Source of the DNA: Giardia intestinalis
Lineage: Eukaryota
Assembly (NCBI GenBank): GCA_000002435.2
Contig: CM018792.1
Reading direction: 5' to 3' (one strand)
Length of the DNA stretch: 64,000 bases
Shown here: one piece after another, positions 10,606 through 20,120 of the stretch
Layout of the letters: each line of letters opens with the position of its first letter
Position numbering within the stretch: position 1 is the first letter of the stretch
Position numbers and translations under genes: made by a program
Notes under the pieces: model-generated
Database searches by the model: none
Told to the model about the DNA's origin: nothing
Seen by the model: only the letters and a program-made list of their open reading frames with translations

Positions 10606-12366
10606 CTATAGTTTATCAAATGCGTCCTGTGCAGTCCACGCAAAGTCCTTGAAATTCTTATCCTCTTGCATCGTGACGCTATCGGTCTGTGTGGAAGGAG
10701 GCAGAATAGGAGACTCAGAGGTGAACTTAGCATCAAAGTTGACGACAAGCGCTTCCGGGGCTATGTAGCGATATATATTGTCTAGAGGATTCTTCAGTAG
10801 CTTCCCGTCCACCGCAAGGATACACGACTGCTCAAGTTTGGGCTTAAACGGAGGTTGGATCTCTTTCCTGTATAGCTTATCGAAATCAATCTTATTCTTT
10901 CGGAAGACCTCGTGCTTCTTGATTTCATCGAAGTTTGGCCTATCCTTGGGACGCCTGCTTAAGCATTTAGCTATAAAGCTCTTACACTCTGCACTGATGA
11001 AGACCGGGAACACGATGATATTCTTAAGGATGCGTCTATATAGTTCAGAGCGGGCGTTGCCTCCGTGGGTACTCGTCGAACTGGCGTAGGAGAACGGTGC
11101 AGACCCAACAAGCATCTCAAAGAGCAGGGCGCCCAAGGCCCAGATATCTACCATTTTGCCATGCGGTACGCCAGAGATAATCTCCCCAGAGAGGTAGTCA
11201 GGGGTGCCGCAGAAGCTTCCCGAGCAGACCCCTGCGCCCCCAGAATTGTCAGCTGAAATGCCAGTCTTGGAAAGACCGAAGTCAGTGAGCAAGATGTTCC
11301 CATGGTTATCTAAAAGGAGGTTCTCCGGCTTCATGTCCCTGAAGACGATATCGTGCTTGTGCAAGTACTCGATCACGAGAACTATCTGAGCCAGGTAGAA
11401 GACAGCAAGGGGTTCTGGAAATCTCCCTATTTTCTTCAGGTGATAGAAGAGCTCTCCACCAGTTGCAAACGTTGTCACGAGAAACAGGCGCGTTCGCGTT
11501 TGGAAGGAGTGATAGAGCTTGATCATGTTCGGGTGGTTGAAGCTCTGCAGAATGTTGTGCTCGGCCTTGAGGTGCTCGAGCTGTCGGCGATCCAGAACAT
11601 TGCGCTTCTTAAGCACCTTCATGGCGAAGAAGCGGTTGTCCTCAACGCGACGAACCAGAAAGACCTTACCGAACGAACCCTTGCCTACGACAGAGACAAG
11701 CTCAAAGTTCTGAGGCCTCATCACCTTGGCATGCGAGGGAGGAACCTGCGGAAAGATGGGGGGCCGCACGAATTTATAGGCGGCAACAGGGTTGCAGAAA
11801 GTTTCAAGGACTTCTGTCTCTGGAAGGGTTTCTATCTGGTGCGCCAGAACACGTGTGTCCTCAACGTACTCTATATTCTCGTCCAGGTCATCCTCCAGTA
11901 TCGTAGTGCGAGGTCTATCCTTCTGACCTGAAGAAGCAGGTGCATCTGCCGCCTGAGAAACAGCTCCAGTAGCCCCAATGTCTCCGTCTTCATCCGATGA
12001 GACATTAACATGACCCTTCTTGTAGCCCTTACCTTTGTCTGTTTGGAGGCCATAAGCACCGATCTTGTCATCAACAAAGACCTCGCCAAGATTTAGTCTT
12101 TGAAATGCAGAGACTATCGAGGAGACCTGGTCGGCAGACTCGACATCGAAGCGGTAGGTCTGCAAAAAGGAGATCACAAAGGCCTTCGGCTCCTTTGTTG
12201 AGCGGTGGATTCCATATATCTCCTGAACGGGTCTTTCCCACTGAATGGAGTTACCCATCACATTCTGCACGGACTTCGATGTCAACACCAGTGAGCGAGG
12301 TTGCTTTTTCCCGCGGCTAGATGTTTTGGTGACAGCATATTTGATACGCACGTCTGTGTCGCTCAT
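10606..12366 (-). CDS. AGC-family Ser/Thr protein kinase, PKB/Akt-like, with an N-terminal PH-like region
   Basis: GKGSFGKVFLV glycine loop, AMKVLKK, FRDMKPENLLLD catalytic loop, DFGLSK, TFCGTPDYLSGE activation segment, and a C-terminal AGC tail. The first ~100 aa resemble a PH domain. Minus-strand AGTAAAT poly(A) signal ~25 nt past the stop (plus coords 10575-10581). Confidence 0.85.
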   Translation of the reverse strand: MSDTDVRIKYAVTKTSSRGKKQPRSLVLTSKSVQNVMGNSIQWERPVQEIYGIHRSTKEPKAFVISFLQTYRFDVESADQVSSIVSAFQRLNLGEVFVDDKIGAYGLQTDKGKGYKKGHVNVSSDEDGDIGATGAVSQAADAPASSGQKDRPRTTILEDDLDENIEYVEDTRVLAHQIETLPETEVLETFCNPVAAYKFVRPPIFPQVPPSHAKVMRPQNFELVSVVGKGSFGKVFLVRRVEDNRFFAMKVLKKRNVLDRRQLEHLKAEHNILQSFNHPNMIKLYHSFQTRTRLFLVTTFATGGELFYHLKKIGRFPEPLAVFYLAQIVLVIEYLHKHDIVFRDMKPENLLLDNHGNILLTDFGLSKTGISADNSGGAGVCSGSFCGTPDYLSGEIISGVPHGKMVDIWALGALLFEMLVGSAPFSYASSTSTHGGNARSELYRRILKNIIVFPVFISAECKSFIAKCLSRRPKDRPNFDEIKKHEVFRKNKIDFDKLYRKEIQPPFKPKLEQSCILAVDGKLLKNPLDNIYRYIAPEALVVNFDAKFTSESPILPPSTQTDSVTMQEDKNFKDFAWTAQDAFDKL

Positions 12367-13193
12367 GTCCCTAGAATCTTCTATGTGATGATTAGAAATT
12401 TTTGGATTTCAGCCGAATTTTCATTATACATTCACCTTTGCTCCTTGCTATCAGCACTCTCTGATTAACGGGCATAAGACAGAGATCACTCTGGGGCGAG
12501 GCCAGGTGATGCAGATCTGACAATTTTTGCCTGAAATCCGTGGTCCTGCAAGTACAAAAGCCATTCTTAATCAAGCGGTGCACAACGCCGCGACCTATGC
12601 GAGGTTTACCTGCATTGAGTATTTGACAGTCTCCTCCAGCTATAAATGCCAGACTACAACTGGTCGCACAGTGCTTCAAGCGAAGACGTTACAGTCCATT
12701 GCTAAATCCGGCAAGAACGATGAATTGTCAGGCCCGTTATCGTCACCTTTTGCATGACAGCAAAGCACTATCCTAAAGGAACTCACACAGATACCTTCCA
12801 TGCTATTCTCCAAGAGCTCCCGTGGTCAGGCTGTGAGGCTTACTGGTGAGGAAACGAACCGAATTGTAGCTGTTAGCAGCATCATACATAAAGATTAGAG
12901 GGTTATCTCTGTACTACTGGAAGGCAGACTTAATTAGTAGGCCAAAGCCTGGAATGAGTCGGGGTCTTGCTAAGGCAGAAAGCTCTGCCCCTGAAAGTGG
13001 TTTGTTTGCTGAAGTTGGCTGCAAATGGCCTAGGACGGGTTGCAGAAGCATATACGTGTCTCCAGCCGCGAAGGGTTCACGCACCTGTTCGCTGACAGAG
13101 ACAAACGGTAAGCCTTACTACCTAGAAATTTACTATTTGTGAAAGAGACTAGAGAAGGACGAAGCGTGACGAACCAAACGTTGAGAGTATACC

Positions 13194-16100
13194 TTACAAC
13201 AGCGGGGCGCTCACGCTTTCATTGAGGTTGTCGTAGCTCAGCATCGAGTTGCTGTGTCTGCTACTTATACCAAGGTTGTGCTTGGGCTTCCTGCCCTTAA
13301 TAATTCCCTTTTTAAGAAAAACGACAATAATGACGATAACAGCAATGACTACAATGACCACGAAAACAGACACACCAACAGCGACCCCGCTAGTCTTGTT
13401 CGCGGGAGGTGCGTTGGGCTCACACGTGTTGCCACTGCTAAGAGTATACCCACTATCGCACATAGTGCATATACGCAACGTGACTAGGTCACAACGCAGA
13501 CAATTGCTAACGTTGCACACGGTCGAGACGCATATTCCATCTTCGTCTGGGATTGCGTTAGCTGCAGCGCACTCTGTGCATGTGTTCGGCCCAAAGCACT
13601 CTCTACACATGGAGTTGCACCGACTACAGCGAGATCCGCTCAGATAGTATCCCGTGTTGCACCTCCCACAGACTCCGGCGCTGATACAAGAGCGGCAGTT
13701 CTCCACATCGCATGCAGTGGTCGAGATGCACGTATTGACGCTGAGCTCGTAACCACTTTGACAAGATGTGCACTTGTCGGCACTGTTGACGCAGGTCTTG
13801 CAGGGTACATTGCACGGGGGGCACGCTCCTGCATTAAGGTAGTATCCATCGTTGCAGCTGAAGCAGAAGTTGTCGGATGAGCATTGACCACAGTTACTTA
13901 TGGAGCAGGAAACGCACTGCTCTCCAGGTGACAGAACATAACCACTCTTGCACGCAGTGCAGCGCTCAGCACTGACACATGCAGCACATCGTTCGGGGCA
14001 CGCAGCACAATTCGAACCATAGAAGCCATCCCTGCAAGAAGCGCAACTATTCACGTTTCCGGCAACGCAAGTCAGACAATTATCAACCCTGCACGAGCCT
14101 CTCAAGATACAGCTTCCATCCACTAGATCGTAGTCGCTGAGACATGTCCCGCACGCAGGCGGACTTGGACACAGAAGACATCCTGATATTTCTGCGCATT
14201 GCGGGGTACAGGTGCTTGTGGCATCGTCGCGGACCCATCCTTCACTGCAGGCTATGCAATCTCTCTCAGTGCCGCCTGTGCATGTCTGGCACGCCCTATT
14301 GCATTGCAAGCATTTCCTTTCCGAGGAATAGAAGCCGTCCTTGCAGACACACACGTTGTTCTCAGGATCAGGCTTGTAGTTGTCATCACCACACGTTGCA
14401 CACACTGTGGAGTCCGTGCACTGCTTGCACCCTTCGCTGCACCTTTCACATTGTCCAGTGCTTGCCTTGAATGCCCTTATACTGCAAGTTTCACACGTAG
14501 CGCCGTCATTACTGCATGTCTGACAATAACGGAAGTCGCACGAAGGAGCTATGCAGACGCCTGCTCCATTGCTCACCTGGCCATCCTCACAGATTTCGCA
14601 AAAGTCGGTGGAACGGCATGTCTGACAACCGGTCGAACACGCCAAGCACTCGCTTCCGCTAGGATAGTACTTCAGATTACACTGAGAACAGGTACAGTCG
14701 CTAGAGTACACCATGCAATTCTCTATATCTGCACAGCTGTTCTTATTATTATCGGTTGTCGGTCCAGATGAAGACAGGACCCAGAAGGAGGTGTAATCCC
14801 AGCAGTCCTGCGTGCACGTAGGGTAAATGTACTTGTCCTGGTCGTCGATGAGAACCTTGACCGGCAGACTGTTCAGAAAAGGAAACTCTCCGGGGGACTT
14901 GGTCCACTTGCTTTCGCTAATGCCAATACCAAATCCAGTATAGGTAGATAGCTTACGCAATTCTTCCGCCGTCTTCAAATTGGGGTCGGGATCAACAGCA
15001 ATGGAGGAAGGAGCGACTGGGGTGAGCAGATCCCCGTTTGCGAAGCATGTGAGACAGATAAGCTTGTCTTCTGGCTCTCCCTTCAGCCCAATGCCAGGAA
15101 TGTCTCCAGCGGTCACGTTAATGATGACGAACTCCGCAGATGTGGAGCTGTCACTTGTCTTAGCCCCATTGAAGAGGCCTATGTGATACAGGCTTGATGC
15201 CATAGAGGGAGGATTAGCTCCACGGCACGTGAGACTGCCATTGATCATCGCTAGGGATAGCGCCACTCCGTTATACATTTTCCCTGCAAACATCCCCACG
15301 CCGTTGGAAGGCGCCTTGCTGGTATCTTTCGGGACCACAAACGTGCACTCAACATTTGCATTGATCCACACGTTGGATATTGTCTTCGAGGTGACCGCCT
15401 TGGAAGAAGACTTCTTGCGGATTTGACCACCGAAAGCGCCAAAGTAGACAGAAACGGCGGTGGACATCGAAAGGTTGGCTATGTCACCGAAGCAGCGCTG
15501 TATCTCCATAGGCCCTGCGCTTACGTGGTCCACAAAGCCGGCAAAACCACCGAAAGTCCACTGCGAAGTACCAGACATCCCAGACACTGCCTCCAGAAGA
15601 GTGGCTCTGACAAACGAATCTCTTATTACGGAGTTCTCAACTCTTCCAACAAATCCGCCAACAGATGAGCCTGCAGGAGTATTACGAGACGAGAAGTTGC
15701 CGAGCTCTGCGTATGTATTGAGGATCTGTGAATTGGCAACCAGACCGCAGAACCCACCAACTATCCACTTCTTCTGGCCTTCAGCCGTGACAGAAGCGTT
15801 CGCCTTCACAAATGACCTTTCTATAACACTGTCATTAACATACTGTGCAAAGCCAGATACACCTTGGAGTCCGTCAATCTTCGTTACGATTGCACTACAA
15901 TCCCGCACAGTGGCGTGGATAAGATTGCCAGCAAAGCCGGCCATCTCTATGCCAGAGAGCTCATTGCTCGTTACAGTGCACCTCTCAATGACGGTTTTGG
16001 CTGCAGCTGTGCCACTCACCATGTAGAAAGCTCCCCCGGAATGCACGACTAGGGCAGGATTCAAGCTCCCCTGCTCCCTGGCGATGCATCCTGAAAACTG

Positions 16101-19100
16101 ACAATCGGAGGCAGAAGCACCCTCGCTAAGAACAGCCGCGATTCCTCCAGCAGATACTCTAGCAGATTGCACTGCGATATCAGCCGCTGGCACCAGTGAG
16201 ATCGTAGCCGCAGAAAGAATATTGGAGATAGGCGCGCGCACAACGTAAGCAAACCCTCCTGCAATGCAAACAGTCCCATCAGTTGCCTGACACCTCAGGG
16301 TTGCCGTTGAGGTACCACCGGTTAGGGGAGCAGAGACGGTGTGACAGTACCCGCCCATGGTGCAGTTTGCGCCACTGCAGGTCATCGCCACGCTATTTGA
16401 CACCGCAGTCGGAGCAGAGGGGCACGTGTGGAAGACACCGCCAACCTCGGCAGCGACGCTCGCCGGAACTTGCAGAGATAAACTACCCGAGATGGCCACA
16501 TTCTCCAAAACAGCTGACGCATCGGCCGAGATGGACAGCAAGCCAAACTTGCATACGCTGTCCTGCCCTATGGCGCTTGCATCCGGGGAGCTGGCGAAAA
16601 CTAGCCTTATGTTGCGCACTTGGCCAGTTAGATGCTTAAAGAAGGACGCACTGTACTCAGAGCCCAAGCTGGAGACCCGCAGGTTTATTCCACTAATTGC
16701 ATGATTATTTCCATCAAGGGTGCCAGAGAAGTCAACCCCTTCCCATTCGTAGCTACGGGCATCAATATCGCTTGTCAGCCTGAAGCCGTGACTCGGACAC
16801 GCTCTAATGGCCAAAAGGCTCCCGGGCGTGGCTAGTTCAATCAACGTTCCGTCTGGAGGGCATGTGTAAACGCTACAATATCCCGACGCTTCTATCTGGT
16901 CCTCTGTGGCAGGGCTGGACCAGCCATCCAAGCATTGGCAGACACCATTGACCACGTTTCCATTTTTGCAGAGGCCTTCCCTACACGTCCCTCGGAAGAG
17001 AACGGCTCCTTGACTGCAAACGCATTGTCCGCCCTCGCACGTGCCAAGACCGCCACACTTCCTATTGGAGTTGTCGTTTGCACAAGAATATGCTCCGCAG
17101 AGTACGCCGTTGTGAGATCCATATCCCGGTCTGCATTTGGCACGGTTCTGGCCAACACAGACACCTTCGGCCAGGCTTAGACAGCCCTCAACGCAAGCGT
17201 GCGATTTAAGGTTGTAGTACTGAGAGCTCAGAGGGCAGCGACAGACCTTGAGCTCGGAATCACACTCTGCCTGTGCACCACAACTTATGGTGTCACAGCT
17301 GTATTCGGTGCAAAGAAGGTCCCCGGCTGTAGCGCCTGCAACGGAAGTAACGTGCTCAATGCAAACCGCCTGCCCGCTTCCGGAACAGACCCCGTACTGG
17401 ACACCGCCCGAGCACCCCGACTTGCATCCCGGATTTGCTAGCGACGGGTCGTAATACTGCCGCTTGTCCTCGCAAACACAGAGCTTCGAGGTAAAGTCAC
17501 AGGTTGCAATGGAAGGGCCACCGCAGATGGTCGAGTCTCCCTCTGGTAGGGTTGAGCAATCGTACTTAGCACAAAGAGAGTTTCCATCTGCAACCCAACC
17601 AGGGTAACACGTGGCAGTATTCTGCCCAATGCAAATACCACCAACCAAGCCTGTGCAGCCATCCACGCACATCTTGTTAGTATGATCGTAGTACTTAGTG
17701 ACATCACTGCAAACACAGGTGTCAAACTCAACGTTGCAGGTAGCACCAGAAGACCCGTCACTGAGTCGGCACTCTTCGGTTGCAGTGACACAAGAATAAA
17801 GAGTGCAGTTCTTGGCATCATCGAGCTTGAAGCCCGGATCACATCTAGCCTCATCTGGTCCAATACACTGACCGTTGATGAGGTTTGGACACCCCACAAC
17901 GCACTGGCAGGAAAATAGATCTACATACTGAGTTCTGTCACAATGCAAATTTGCAGAATTGCAGGAGGACGGCGGGGTTGTTCGCTTCAGCCGCATGCCC
18001 TGGCCAATCTCCCACACGTCCACAGCCCATTTGCTCCGGTCGTCAAGGGTGTAGGCCCCATCCCGGTAGTGAGGAGTACGCTTCAGATGAGGATAATGCG
18101 AGCCGTCAATATTCCAAGTGCCCAGATCAATCCCGGGATATGACGCCGACTGCTTCATCGTACTATCGGTTAGGCCAATGTACTTATCTGCCACGGTCGC
18201 GACACAGGCCGCATTAGAGTTGAAGTAATTATGGCTTATGCCGGCGTCGCTCTTCTGGCTGCTGAATGCTTTGGTAATTTCCGCGCAAGTCACGTTTGCA
18301 ATGATGTATGATGACACCGCATTTGCGGCGGTATAGGTGTAGAAGAGGGCAACCTTGCTGGAACTGGATCCGAGAGTGCAGCTATCCAAGGATGCAAAGC
18401 AGTCTTGCATCTTCCCGCCCGTCGTGGTCACAAACCTACCGACAACTAGAGACACCAATCCTTTGAAATCAGTAAGTACGAGAGCACCAAGACGAGACTC
18501 CACCTCTAAGATGCTGATTCCTTTAGCCTGGACGTTAACAACATTAGCAATAGGGGCGAAGGACGACTTGCTTGTACCCCCGGACAGTCCGACAGTTTGA
18601 GCCTTGAGATGGCAATTTTCTAGAGTGAGGCCTGTGTTTGTGTTTGCAGTCCCCACAGATAGAGTTGCATTGATTTGAGAAGATCCTGACATGGCGAACT
18701 TGGTAAGGTTGACGTAGCTTGACCTAACTGTGACCTTTCCGCTGGCAGAGTACCCCAGAAGCCCTGCAGACGTCGAAAAGCTGCCTGTCGCAGTGAGCGT
18801 TTGAGTGCCTCCATTCACATACGAATCGCTGATAGTCACTGTGTCCTTAGAAGTTGCCGACGAAAAGCTTCCAATGAGACCGCCCAAATAGGCCACAGAG
18901 CTGGATGTCAGAGAGAGACTAGTGAACTCTGCATAGCATTCGCAGAGGGTAAAGTCAGCAGCGGTTATATTTCCAACAAGTGCGCCAAGAGCAGATGCCT
19001 GGCTGGTGGAAACAGAGGTAGCAGACAGAGAGCCTTTGTACATGGCAGAGTTTGTCAGAGAAACGCCCCCGGCAGTCCCAAACACACCGCCGATGACAGA

Positions 19101-19703
19101 TGCCTCGGCAGCCGTGGCTGAAATGCTTCCTCCGAAGAAGCACTTTGCGCAGCCAACAGAGGAGGTGCCAACAACCCCACCAATTGAATGAGACCCTCCA
19201 GTACACGCGATCGAGACCGTTGAGGTGATGTTGCGTAGAGTAGTGGTCTCGGTAGCAGACCCTATCACGCCCCCAACGGTAATAGTTGCATCTCCCGTAC
19301 CGCTCAGGGTCATCGTTCCCTCGACAAAGACGGATTCGACTGTAGCGGACCCAGTAGTGACACCAATCAGTGCACCAACCGGATTCGTCAGAGGGCTGGA
19401 CATAGTGGCGGCGTAGTTCAGCCTCAAGTTGCGCACAGATCCAGAGAACTGGTCTCCGAAGACGCCAGATGATCCAGTTTGCCCACTAATAGTGAGCTTA
19501 TAGTTGGCACCATCCAAGGTTCCGGTGAAACCAGAGATAGGCTCATAGGATGGATCCAGGGTGATGTCCGCGCCAAGTATGTAACTGCCAGCAAGATTGT
19601 CACGTATGGCGCTGAACTCCGCCGCCGTTGTGATAGTGGACGCTGCTGAAGCGCGCAGCTCCAAGCTAGCGAGGGCAAGGGACAAAACAAGCCCCGTCAG
19701 CAT
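13194..19703 (-). CDS. High-cysteine membrane protein (HCMP), 2169 aa: signal peptide, G/S/T-rich beta-helix-like N-terminal two-thirds, CxxC / EGF-furin-like cysteine-rich C-terminal third, single TM, short cytoplasmic tail
   Basis: N-terminal signal peptide MLTGLVLSLALASLELRASA. Dozens of CxxC and C-x-C motifs between residues ~1300 and 2100. TM VAVGVSVFVVIVVIAVIVIIVVFL followed by KKGIIKGRKPKHN... The tail is not CRGKA, so this is an HCMP and not a VSP. Confidence 0.85.
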   Translation of the reverse strand: MLTGLVLSLALASLELRASAASTITTAAEFSAIRDNLAGSYILGADITLDPSYEPISGFTGTLDGANYKLTISGQTGSSGVFGDQFSGSVRNLRLNYAATMSSPLTNPVGALIGVTTGSATVESVFVEGTMTLSGTGDATITVGGVIGSATETTTLRNITSTVSIACTGGSHSIGGVVGTSSVGCAKCFFGGSISATAAEASVIGGVFGTAGGVSLTNSAMYKGSLSATSVSTSQASALGALVGNITAADFTLCECYAEFTSLSLTSSSVAYLGGLIGSFSSATSKDTVTISDSYVNGGTQTLTATGSFSTSAGLLGYSASGKVTVRSSYVNLTKFAMSGSSQINATLSVGTANTNTGLTLENCHLKAQTVGLSGGTSKSSFAPIANVVNVQAKGISILEVESRLGALVLTDFKGLVSLVVGRFVTTTGGKMQDCFASLDSCTLGSSSSKVALFYTYTAANAVSSYIIANVTCAEITKAFSSQKSDAGISHNYFNSNAACVATVADKYIGLTDSTMKQSASYPGIDLGTWNIDGSHYPHLKRTPHYRDGAYTLDDRSKWAVDVWEIGQGMRLKRTTPPSSCNSANLHCDRTQYVDLFSCQCVVGCPNLINGQCIGPDEARCDPGFKLDDAKNCTLYSCVTATEECRLSDGSSGATCNVEFDTCVCSDVTKYYDHTNKMCVDGCTGLVGGICIGQNTATCYPGWVADGNSLCAKYDCSTLPEGDSTICGGPSIATCDFTSKLCVCEDKRQYYDPSLANPGCKSGCSGGVQYGVCSGSGQAVCIEHVTSVAGATAGDLLCTEYSCDTISCGAQAECDSELKVCRCPLSSQYYNLKSHACVEGCLSLAEGVCVGQNRAKCRPGYGSHNGVLCGAYSCANDNSNRKCGGLGTCEGGQCVCSQGAVLFRGTCREGLCKNGNVVNGVCQCLDGWSSPATEDQIEASGYCSVYTCPPDGTLIELATPGSLLAIRACPSHGFRLTSDIDARSYEWEGVDFSGTLDGNNHAISGINLRVSSLGSEYSASFFKHLTGQVRNIRLVFASSPDASAIGQDSVCKFGLLSISADASAVLENVAISGSLSLQVPASVAAEVGGVFHTCPSAPTAVSNSVAMTCSGANCTMGGYCHTVSAPLTGGTSTATLRCQATDGTVCIAGGFAYVVRAPISNILSAATISLVPAADIAVQSARVSAGGIAAVLSEGASASDCQFSGCIAREQGSLNPALVVHSGGAFYMVSGTAAAKTVIERCTVTSNELSGIEMAGFAGNLIHATVRDCSAIVTKIDGLQGVSGFAQYVNDSVIERSFVKANASVTAEGQKKWIVGGFCGLVANSQILNTYAELGNFSSRNTPAGSSVGGFVGRVENSVIRDSFVRATLLEAVSGMSGTSQWTFGGFAGFVDHVSAGPMEIQRCFGDIANLSMSTAVSVYFGAFGGQIRKKSSSKAVTSKTISNVWINANVECTFVVPKDTSKAPSNGVGMFAGKMYNGVALSLAMINGSLTCRGANPPSMASSLYHIGLFNGAKTSDSSTSAEFVIINVTAGDIPGIGLKGEPEDKLICLTCFANGDLLTPVAPSSIAVDPDPNLKTAEELRKLSTYTGFGIGISESKWTKSPGEFPFLNSLPVKVLIDDQDKYIYPTCTQDCWDYTSFWVLSSSGPTTDNNKNSCADIENCMVYSSDCTCSQCNLKYYPSGSECLACSTGCQTCRSTDFCEICEDGQVSNGAGVCIAPSCDFRYCQTCSNDGATCETCSIRAFKASTGQCERCSEGCKQCTDSTVCATCGDDNYKPDPENNVCVCKDGFYSSERKCLQCNRACQTCTGGTERDCIACSEGWVRDDATSTCTPQCAEISGCLLCPSPPACGTCLSDYDLVDGSCILRGSCRVDNCLTCVAGNVNSCASCRDGFYGSNCAACPERCAACVSAERCTACKSGYVLSPGEQCVSCSISNCGQCSSDNFCFSCNDGYYLNAGACPPCNVPCKTCVNSADKCTSCQSGYELSVNTCISTTACDVENCRSCISAGVCGRCNTGYYLSGSRCSRCNSMCRECFGPNTCTECAAANAIPDEDGICVSTVCNVSNCLRCDLVTLRICTMCDSGYTLSSGNTCEPNAPPANKTSGVAVGVSVFVVIVVIAVIVIIVVFLKKGIIKGRKPKHNLGISSRHSNSMLSYDNLNESVSAPLL

Positions 19704-20120
19704 TTTATTTTAACGAGAATCACACTCTAATTCCAAACATTTTTAAGTCAAAGGTTACGGAGTAAATGAATCTATCTATCCCTGCCTGGGTCATAAGTCA
19801 GACTCCCACATAAGCGGGAATTATAGCTTTTATCTTGTAGCTAGTTCCCCTAACCCAGAATTGCAATATACGACATCCTACTATCAGAGCAGAAGCATGC
19901 CGCCATTGGTAGATTTTGCAGGTCCAAAGTGAGGTGTTGTCTTGAAACAGGTGGACCCGCCCAGAGACTATCTTCCTAGTGCCAAAAAGCACTACCTAGA
20001 CCCCCGTACCTGGAAGGACCGTTCTCGCCACTGTTGCTCTTTCCGCACTTACTCACGTCTGCATTTAATTGGAGAGGCAAAATCAAATTCTTTTTTGCTA
20101 CATGTTACAGCCTTTTTTTA

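Noticed and set aside
11353-11931. 192-aa plus-strand ORF antisense to the PKB-like kinase, and similar ones at 10778-11089
   Set aside because: Antisense to a gene with complete kinase motifs. No independent support.
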